DNA of 62,732 nt, counting the filler, from Barthelona sp. PAP020 (taxonomy: Eukaryota): the NCBI GenBank assembly GCA_040182905.1. It is 9 parts of 9 records of this genome, joined end to end, with 100 filler letters (N's around TTAATTAATTAA, not from the genome) between each part and the next. Parts side by side here need not be neighbours in the genome. Positions count along the whole stretch, not along the records: positions 55,923 to 62,732 come from JARQWU010000530.1; 8 more parts are not named here. The stretch is one strand, 5' to 3'. The notes under the pieces are model-generated. The model saw only the letters and a list, made by a program, of their open reading frames with translations. It searched no databases and was not told where the DNA came from. Shown here one piece after another: positions 55,923 to 62,732 of the stretch (the stretch's first letter is position 1; each line of letters begins with the position of its first letter). Made by a program: the position numbers and the translations under genes.

Positions 55923-56085
55923 AATCACAATCAAGGATACCAGCTTTAAGTTCTTCAACCATCAAAGCTTGAGCTTGATCCCAAAGCTTAGTTGTGGCTT
56001 CAGTAGGTCCAGCAAGGAAATCAGTATCACCTTCGTAAGGAATACGATTGTCAAGAATGAATTTCTGTACGTTAATTTCAACCAT
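55923..56085 (-). CDS. PFL: pyruvate formate-lyase, 5' fragment
   Basis: EINVQKFILDNRIPYEGDTDFLAGPTEATTKLWD matches PflB N-terminus ([34 protein letters not shown]); codon usage like the ribosomal genes. Confidence 0.88.
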
Positions 56086-56549
56086 TTAATTGAATAAAAA
56101 AATGATAAAAAATTTTTCAACACTTTATGACCTTTGCAGAAAAAAATCGTTTCGATTTCTTTTTAAATTTTTTTTTTCTGTTCAAATTTCTTTTATTTTT
56201 CTTATCTTCTGGAATAATTAATAATAATAAATTATTGTAAATTATTTCAACAAAAAATTTTTTAGTCTTTGAATGTGTTTCTGAGTTTTTCAAGAATTTT
56301 TTTTTGATCTCGAAATATCTGGCTTCTTGAAATTTCCATTGCGAACAATAATTGTCGTTTTTAACATTTATTGTCACAATATATTAAGCAACTGTTTTTT
56401 TATTGAAATTTTAAAAAAAATGAAATCTTTCAGAATTCCATTTTCACCCCAAACTGTTGAATTGCATTTTTTTTTAATTAAAAAAAAAATTATTGTTATT
56501 GGAATAATCATTGTGAACAAAAAACAAAATTGTGTAAAAAAAATTTACT

Positions 56550-57611
56550 TCACAACACTGGTGCTTTTTTAATATTCATTTTATTATGAATTCTTGGAGA
56601 TTTTGCAAGGGTAGCAATATTGTTGGTTTGTGTTTGGAATAGTTCTTTTGACTTTTTTGATTCATTCAATTTCTTTGCAGTCTTATCCTTTTGTGCTTCA
56701 ATAAACTCAGAAGGTATATCAAACCAAGGAAAATACATGTATAAAGGACCATGATTTGCGATCATTTTGGATCTATGCTCATAAAAATCACGAATGTACG
56801 CTGGAGCTTTATCCAAGTTCAAAGATTCTTTTGAAGTTTTTTTTTTGTTTTCATTATTTTGTTTTTCATGCAAATAGTCCAAATAAGCAAGTTCTTTCTT
56901 TCTTTTTGTTTTTTTATATTCTGATAAATATTGAATCTGTTCATTCAATTGATTTCCCAATTCATCTTCAAATTTTACACCTTCATTAATTTCATTTAAA
57001 ATTTCATCACGCACATCATTCAACTTTTCTTCAAGTTGGCACAAATTTGCTAACAAATTATTTCTATATTCAGGCCAAAGTGATGAATTCACACTTAACT
57101 TTTGGGCATCATTGGTCTTGTCAAAAATAGATTCTTCGAGTTTTAATGGAGCCCAATATTGCTCTGTAACTTTCCAAATTGAATTAGTCTCTGGTTTCTT
57201 TTCTTTTTTAACATCAGGCTTACTTGTTCTGGAACGATTAGGAGTCACTTTTCGTTGAGCACTGAAAGAAAAATTATTTCTATTGGGTGGACTCCTTTGA
57301 GATTTGGGATAACGATCAACCAATTTTGAAATTTGCTTAGCAAGCGGCAATTTTTCTTCAATTTCAGTCAATAATAAATCATTAGACACTTTTTCTTCTT
57401 TTAATTCCTCCAATAACTGAAAAAGTTCTTCACGTTTAAATACCATCTTTTCAAAACGATGATGCTTTGAAACAGCTCTAAAATAATCATATTTAGAATA
57501 ATTATTATCAAATTGTCGGTTTAATTGAGTCCTTTTGTGTTGAAGACTAACTGAAGAAGAAAAAGCTGTTAAATCTCTAACAATTTCCTTTAATTCCCCT
57601 TGTTGATTCAT
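56550..57611 (-). CDS. hypothetical protein, possibly ADA3/TADA3-like
   Basis: 353-aa ORF; NSIWKVTEQYWAPL resembles ADA3 N.FW..VEPY..PI; later DEILNEI helix; family call weak. Confidence 0.5.
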   Translation of the reverse strand: MNQQGELKEIVRDLTAFSSSVSLQHKRTQLNRQFDNNYSKYDYFRAVSKHHRFEKMVFKREELFQLLEELKEEKVSNDLLLTEIEEKLPLAKQISKLVDRYPKSQRSPPNRNNFSFSAQRKVTPNRSRTSKPDVKKEKKPETNSIWKVTEQYWAPLKLEESIFDKTNDAQKLSVNSSLWPEYRNNLLANLCQLEEKLNDVRDEILNEINEGVKFEDELGNQLNEQIQYLSEYKKTKRKKELAYLDYLHEKQNNENKKKTSKESLNLDKAPAYIRDFYEHRSKMIANHGPLYMYFPWFDIPSEFIEAQKDKTAKKLNESKKSKELFQTQTNNIATLAKSPRIHNKMNIKKAPVL

Positions 57612-57713
57612 CTAATAAATATTTTGGTCTTATAACATTTCTTAAATGTATTGAAAAAAAAAATTTGATTATTTTTCCCTTTTGATTCAAATTTTTTTTC
57701 TTTAAAAATACTG

Positions 57714-59225
57714 ATGAGTAACATTTTAAAACCATTTACAACTTATCAGAACGCAAGAAATACGTTTATTCAAACAGTTGCTGAGTTAGCTTCAAGACCT
57801 CAAAATGTGGAACCTCTTATCGAGGCTGATGTGATGAATATAGTGAAACCATTTTTACAAGATCCTGTTGCAACAATTCAACAAACAGCTGCCGTTGCTG
57901 TTGGTCGTCTTGCCAATCATAGCGATTCTGTTGCCGAGGCTATTGTTGCCAATGGTATTTTACCTCAATTGGTTCATTCTCTTAAAGATCAATCCAAACA
58001 TTTTAAAAAAGCTGCAGCTTTCGTCTTAAAATCTGTTGCTCGTCATTCTCCCACTCTTGCTGCTGCTGTTGTTGACAGTGATTCTGTCCCTGCACTTGTT
58101 GCATGTTTGGAAGAATTTGATCCTGGTGTCAAAGAATCAGCAACTTGGGCTTTGGGACATATTGCTCGTCATAATGAAGATTTAGCCAGAGTAGTTGTTG
58201 ATGCAGGTGCTGTTTCTTTACTTGTTTTTACTCTTCAAGAACCTGAATTATCGTTGAAATGTGCTGCAGCTGCTTGTCTTGCTGATATTGCAAAACATAA
58301 TGCTGAACTTGCTCAATATATTGTTGATGCTGGTGCAGTTGCTTATCTTGCTCCATTAATGACAAATACTGATGTTAAACTTAAGAGACAAGTATGTTCT
58401 TGCCTCAGTCAAATATCGAAGCACAGTTTTAGATTAGCTGAGATTGTAACAGAACAAGGAATTTTCCCTCGTGTTCTTTTGTTACTTAAGGATGTTGATG
58501 CATTTGTCAAACGTAATGCTTGTACTTTAGTTAGAGAAGTTGTAAAACACACTCCTGAATTGGCTCAAATGGTCATAAATCATGGTGGTGCTGTTGCCTT
58601 AGTTGAATATATTAATGAAACAAATGGTCATGCCAGATTACCTGGAATTATGGCTGTTGGATATATTGCTGCTTTTTCAGAAACACTCGCTTTGTCTCTT
58701 ATCACAGCTAACATTGTCCCTGCTTTGGCTGATGTCTTAGTTCAAGAGGAAGAAGATCATATTCTTGCTGGTGCTGTTTGGACTGTATCTCAATTGGGAA
58801 GACACACCCCAGAGCACGCCAATGCTATTGCAAGCATGAATTTGTTCCCTAAATTATCAGAATTACTTGTTAGTCCTTCATCGTCTGAAGACTTACAATT
58901 GAAATGTAAGAGAGCCCTTAAAGCTGTAGTCAGTAAATGTATGGATCTTGAAGCTCTTGATCCTCTATTACATACTGCCCCTGAGGAAGTTTTAAAAACA
59001 ATTGTTGGTCAATATGCAAAGATTTTACCAAACAATGTTGAAGCTAGAAAAGCTTTTGTTGTTTCTGGTGGTTTACAGAGATTGCAAATGTTAGAACCTG
59101 AAACTGGATCAAGACTTCAAGAATTTATCGAAATTATCAATGGATGTTATCCAAATGATGTTGTTCAATATTATAGTCCTAATTACATGGACACTTTGTT
59201 GGAACAAATAAACAAAACTAATTAA
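57714..59225 (+). CDS. SPAG6: axonemal central-pair armadillo protein PF16/SPAG6
   Basis: YQNARNTFIQTVAELASRPQN, LEEFDPGVKESATWALGHIARH, RLPGIMAVGYI, INGCYP..VQYYSPNY. Confidence 0.97.
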   Translation: MSNILKPFTTYQNARNTFIQTVAELASRPQNVEPLIEADVMNIVKPFLQDPVATIQQTAAVAVGRLANHSDSVAEAIVANGILPQLVHSLKDQSKHFKKAAAFVLKSVARHSPTLAAAVVDSDSVPALVACLEEFDPGVKESATWALGHIARHNEDLARVVVDAGAVSLLVFTLQEPELSLKCAAAACLADIAKHNAELAQYIVDAGAVAYLAPLMTNTDVKLKRQVCSCLSQISKHSFRLAEIVTEQGIFPRVLLLLKDVDAFVKRNACTLVREVVKHTPELAQMVINHGGAVALVEYINETNGHARLPGIMAVGYIAAFSETLALSLITANIVPALADVLVQEEEDHILAGAVWTVSQLGRHTPEHANAIASMNLFPKLSELLVSPSSSEDLQLKCKRALKAVVSKCMDLEALDPLLHTAPEEVLKTIVGQYAKILPNNVEARKAFVVSGGLQRLQMLEPETGSRLQEFIEIINGCYPNDVVQYYSPNYMDTLLEQINKTN

Positions 59226-59542
59226 TTCTAAATCCGTGTATATTATAAAATGAAAGACTGTGTTTTTTTTTCTTTGTTTATTGACCAATTAAGAACTATT
59301 GCGTAAATAGATAAATTTTTGAGCAAGGTGACATTTTTTATTTGTTAACCGTTCAAAGTTCAATTTTTTTATGGAAATACATTGCTTTGAAGAACATTTT
59401 TAAAGTGAGTTAGAAAAGTGTTTGAAGGTGCAATTTTTCAAAACCACTAAATAAATCACTAAATAATGAAAAACATATGTACAAAACTAATCTTCAAGAC
59501 TATAAAATTCCAAAAGCAATCTAAAAATTTCAAATTTCAAAT

Positions 59543-59570
59543 TTGAATTTGAATTTAAATTCAAATTCAA
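59543..59570. repeat. perfect 28-bp palindrome TTGAATTTGAATTT|AAATTCAAATTCAA upstream of the SET gene
   Basis: Exact reverse-complement symmetry about 59556/59557. Confidence 0.9.
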
Positions 59571-59608
59571 TTTCTTGACCAACTCTTAAATATTATTATT
59601 CTTTTTAA

Positions 59609-60142
59609 ATGATAAGAAAAACTTCAAGAAGAAAACCAAGATTATACAGGTTACCATCTCATGATGATATTGAGAGAGCAAAAAAAATTTTGAATTCCAA
59701 AACAAATCCTACTGTTTCTCATCATTCAGCTTGTCAAGTTAGGTTATCAAAAACAGCTGGTTTTGGCGTTTATGCATGCGCAACGATTCCTGTTGGAACT
59801 TTTATTTGTGAATATGCTGGAGAGCTAATTTCTGAAGCTGAAGCTCTCAACCGTGAAGAAAAATATATAGAAACTGATGAACCAAATGATTTTTTATTCT
59901 TTATTGAACACAAAAGAAAAAAATATGCGGTTGACCCAACTTCAGGTGATTCTTCGAAATGGGGCATAGGAAAATACATTAATCATTCAAGAAAATCTCC
60001 AAATTTGGAACCAGAATTGATTGACATTGACGGTAAGCCACATATTGCACTTATTGCCAGAACAACAATTTTACAGAATGAAGAGTTGTTTTTTGATTAT
60101 GGTGATAGAAAAGAATCAATTGAATGGTTATGGAATAGCTAA
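59609..60142 (+). CDS. SET-domain lysine methyltransferase, SET8/KMT5A-like
   Basis: GFGVYA, GTFICEYAGELI..EA..RE..Y, GKYINHSR..PNL, EELFFDYGDR..EWL. Confidence 0.85.
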   Translation: MIRKTSRRKPRLYRLPSHDDIERAKKILNSKTNPTVSHHSACQVRLSKTAGFGVYACATIPVGTFICEYAGELISEAEALNREEKYIETDEPNDFLFFIEHKRKKYAVDPTSGDSSKWGIGKYINHSRKSPNLEPELIDIDGKPHIALIARTTILQNEELFFDYGDRKESIEWLWNS

Positions 60143-60215
60143 TTATAGTCTTCTTTTGTAAAATTAACAGGTTGTAAATAAATTTCAATTTTTATTTTTT
60201 TTTGTTTTTGAATGG

Positions 60216-61340
60216 ATGAGTTTACTATATGCATTAGATTTACCGCCTTCTTTGATAATTAAATTGCAAAATGCTGGAATTGAAAAATATGAGGATTTGG
60301 TTGAATTAACATTGCCTACTTTGGTAAATAATTATCAATTAACAACACATGAAATTAAATTAATTTACGAGTTAATGAATAATAAACCTTTGGAACAAAA
60401 ATCCATGACTTTATCTGAAATGATGATGGCTATGAATAAATTACCACCTATCGTAACTTTTTCACAAAAAATAGATAGATTATTGGATGGTGGAATCGAT
60501 GCAGGGTTGCTTTTCGAAATTGTTGGGTTGCCATCTGTTGGTAAAACCCAATTTTGTTTGCAGTTGGCAGTATCTGCTACCTTACCTGAAGTTGTTAATG
60601 GTCGAAATAGTGATGTATTAGTTTTGGATACCGAAGGTTCATTCACATTGTGTTCCCAAAATGAAAGACTTTACAATTTGGCAGCATCAACTGTTTCTAT
60701 GGTTCATGATCGATTAAATGCTCAGAATTTCCAATTAGATATTAATTATGACATTCAAAAAATCATGAATTCCATATATATTCAACGAATTTTGAATATT
60801 GATCAATTGATTGCTTCTATTTTTTCACTTGAAGAAACTTTGAGATATCAACAAGAAAATGGTGCCAAAAAAATAGCATTAATTATCATTGATTCATTTT
60901 CCTTTCACTTTAGATATGGTTTTGTTTCATATCAGAAAAGAAATCAATTAATATTAAATTGCTTGCTGTATTTGAGTAAAATTGCCATGAAAAATCATAT
61001 ATCCATTGTATTTACAAATCACATGACGACAAAAATAGATTCTAACACTAAATTGATTCCTGCTATGGGTTTAACAGCTTCTACAGTACCACAGTTCCGT
61101 TTATTATTAGACTTTTGTTCCAATGATCAAAAAAGCGTCTTTGCTCAAAATCACGGATCTTTCCCCAATGTTAAACCTCCAGGTTTAACATTTGCAAAAG
61201 ATGACAGCAGTTTGAGAACTGCATACTTGATTAAGTCACCCCAATTTTTGGAAGGTTCTGTTCTATTTAGATTATCTGAAAGTGGAATTCAAGACTTTAA
61301 TGAAAATATTGAGGAAAACATTAAACGAACACCTAATTAA
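60216..61340 (+). CDS. RAD51C: RAD51 paralog C
   Basis: IVTFSQKIDRLLDGGI, GLPSVGKTQFCLQLAV..LP, LDTEGSF, IIDSFSFHFR, TNHMTTK..LIPAMG. Confidence 0.9.
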   Translation: MSLLYALDLPPSLIIKLQNAGIEKYEDLVELTLPTLVNNYQLTTHEIKLIYELMNNKPLEQKSMTLSEMMMAMNKLPPIVTFSQKIDRLLDGGIDAGLLFEIVGLPSVGKTQFCLQLAVSATLPEVVNGRNSDVLVLDTEGSFTLCSQNERLYNLAASTVSMVHDRLNAQNFQLDINYDIQKIMNSIYIQRILNIDQLIASIFSLEETLRYQQENGAKKIALIIIDSFSFHFRYGFVSYQKRNQLILNCLLYLSKIAMKNHISIVFTNHMTTKIDSNTKLIPAMGLTASTVPQFRLLLDFCSNDQKSVFAQNHGSFPNVKPPGLTFAKDDSSLRTAYLIKSPQFLEGSVLFRLSESGIQDFNENIEENIKRTPN

Positions 61341-61816
61341 GTATTGTTTTTGTTTGTTTTTTAAAATATTGCTTTTTTGAAGCTTTAAATACAAACATAA
61401 GAGAATTTTGTTCTCTTTTTTTTTGGAATTTGATTTAGCACATTTAAAAAAACAAAAGTTTGGCTGATTAATCATTTAATCAAATAGAAATTAGATTGAA
61501 ATACATCTCTCCCTCTTTTTTTTCCAAACATAATAAACAACTATATTAATATTCTTTTATTGGTATTTTATCGTCTGACTTTCAAACAACAGATAAATAA
61601 AATCAAAATAAACTTGCAAATTTTTTAAATTCTTGAATGCGATTTCATTTTTTTTTTTGGTCTTTAACTTTTTTGTTTTGAAAACTTCTACTATAAGGTG
61701 GTAATTCAGAAGAAAACAATTACACCCAAAAATAAATGATTGTGGTAAAAAAAAAAATTGAATCAGAAAAAGGAAGAAATCACATTTGATTTTTTCTCCA
61801 TTCTGAAACTATCTTT

Positions 61817-62732
61817 ATGAGCTCATTACATTGGCGTTTTTGCCAAGTATTTGGTGATTCTACGAGTGTGGAAGACACACATACTGGTATTAAAGTTTTT
61901 GATTATTGTACAACTAACAATTTAGCTGACATAATATCAATGATAGAGTATGACTCAACAGGAAATTATATTGCTGTTGGTGATCGTGGTGGAAGAGTAA
62001 TTCTTTTTGAAAGAAACTTACAACAAAATCGAACAGCTGAATATCAGTATTACACAGAATTTCAATCACATGAATTGGAATTTGATTATTTGAGATCTGA
62101 AGAAATTGAAGAAAGAATTAATCAAATTTGTTGGTTGAAACCTCAACCTTCCTCTTTGTTGATGCTGACTTGTAACGATAAAACCATAAAATTATGGAAA
62201 GTATATGAAAATACAATAAAAGAAGTAGTAGTAGATAAAAATGGAAATGACCTTGTTATTCCGAAATTAGTACCAGTTGAAAAAGTCACCTTAGCCACGC
62301 CAAAAAGAAGTTTCATTAATGCACATCCTTGGCATATTAATTCGTTGTCTCTTTGTTCCGATGAAAATTTATTCCTATCATCAGATGAATTAAATATTAA
62401 TATATGGGATTTGAACAGGTCTGATGAAACCTTTCTGGCAGTAAATATCCCTTTGGAGAATGTTGAGGAATGTACTGAAATTGTTGTTAAATCCAGATTT
62501 CATCCCACAGATTGTAACACTTTTGCATATGGTTCTTCTCGTGGTATATTGAGAATTGCTGATATGAGAACAAATGTTAATTGTGATGCACCTGCTCAAA
62601 TGTTTTATTCTGATAATAGTGTCTTGCAAAAGAAATCGAATGGTATTAAAGATAGTCTTAATTCTATTGCAGATTTCAGATTCAGTCCTAATGGAAGAAA
62701 TATTGTAGTCAGAGATTATTTAACACTTAGAG
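61817..62732 (+). CDS. PPP2R2: PP2A regulatory subunit B55/Cdc55 (3' truncated by window); exons 61817-61886 and 61926->62732
   Basis: WRFCQVFGD..ADIISMIEYDSTGNYIAVGDRGGRVILFE, EFQSHELEFDYLRS.EIEERIN, NDKTIKLWKV, NAHPWHINS, RDYLTL; not in ORF track. Confidence 0.95.
   Translation, partial: MSSLHWRFCQVFGDSTSVEDTHTGIKVFDYCTTNNLADIISMIEYDSTGNYIAVGDRGGRVILFERNLQQNRTAEYQYYTEFQSHELEFDYLRSEEIEERINQICWLKPQPSSLLMLTCNDKTIKLWKVYENTIKEVVVDKNGNDLVIPKLVPVEKVTLATPKRSFINAHPWHINSLSLCSDENLFLSSDELNINIWDLNRSDETFLAVNIPLENVEECTEIVVKSRFHPTDCNTFAYGSSRGILRIADMRTNVNCDAPAQMFYSDNSVLQKKSNGIKDSLNSIADFRFSPNGRNIVVRDYLTLR
61887..61925 (+). other. spliceosomal intron, 39 nt, in-frame and stop-free (B55)
   Basis: GTATTA...ACTAAC-AATT-TAG; removal restores the usual QVFG-x10-ADIIS spacing. 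Confidence 0.8.

Noticed and set aside
60212..60262. Out-of-frame ATG 4 nt upstream of the RAD51C start (16-codon overlapping uORF)
   Set aside because: 5' UTRs appear very short here, so it may lie outside the transcript; cannot be supported without TSS data
282..61340. Alternative genetic code (TAA/TAG=Gln as in hexamitids, or TGA recoding suggested by the ankyrin relic)
   Set aside because: Conserved genes end at expected positions with TAA (PMM, RPL35, SPAG6), TAG (SRP19, KCS, CCX) and TGA (ERD2, POLK, PDK1), and long ORFs have no internal stops
1..62732. CRISPR arrays, transposase/reverse-transcriptase ORFs, rRNA or tRNA genes
   Set aside because: None recognised on either strand by manual reading

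Overview
This is AT-rich, extremely gene-dense eukaryotic DNA. It is not one locus. Nine contigs of about 6.8-7.0 kb, in strictly decreasing length, are joined by 100-nt artificial spacers (N44-TTAATTAATTAA-N44), so adjacency across gaps has no biological meaning. Gene content points to an anaerobic or microaerophilic flagellated protist using the standard genetic code. Evidence includes axonemal genes (PF16/SPAG6, DRC9, CFAP161, ZMYND12), an SF-assemblin/beta-giardin protein, a plant-type KCS and a presequence-less pyruvate formate-lyase. The profile is metamonad-like, but that placement is inference. About 45 complete or partial CDSs are present. Nearly all are intronless, but I found seven tiny GT-AG introns missed by the ORF track (35-39 nt, one 61 nt). 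All lie at the extreme 5' end of housekeeping genes and end in CTAAY-N3-4-TAG; one splits the RPL10 start codon (A|TG). Other highlights are a PIP5K with a C-terminal degenerate HNH-like/zinc-finger module, a fold-back repeat with ~103-bp arms in a gene-poor island that also holds an ankyrin pseudogene, a PDK1 with Asp at the activation-loop phosphosite, and a 28-bp TTTGAA-repeat palindrome upstream of a SET8-like gene. All family calls come from recalled motifs, not database searches.
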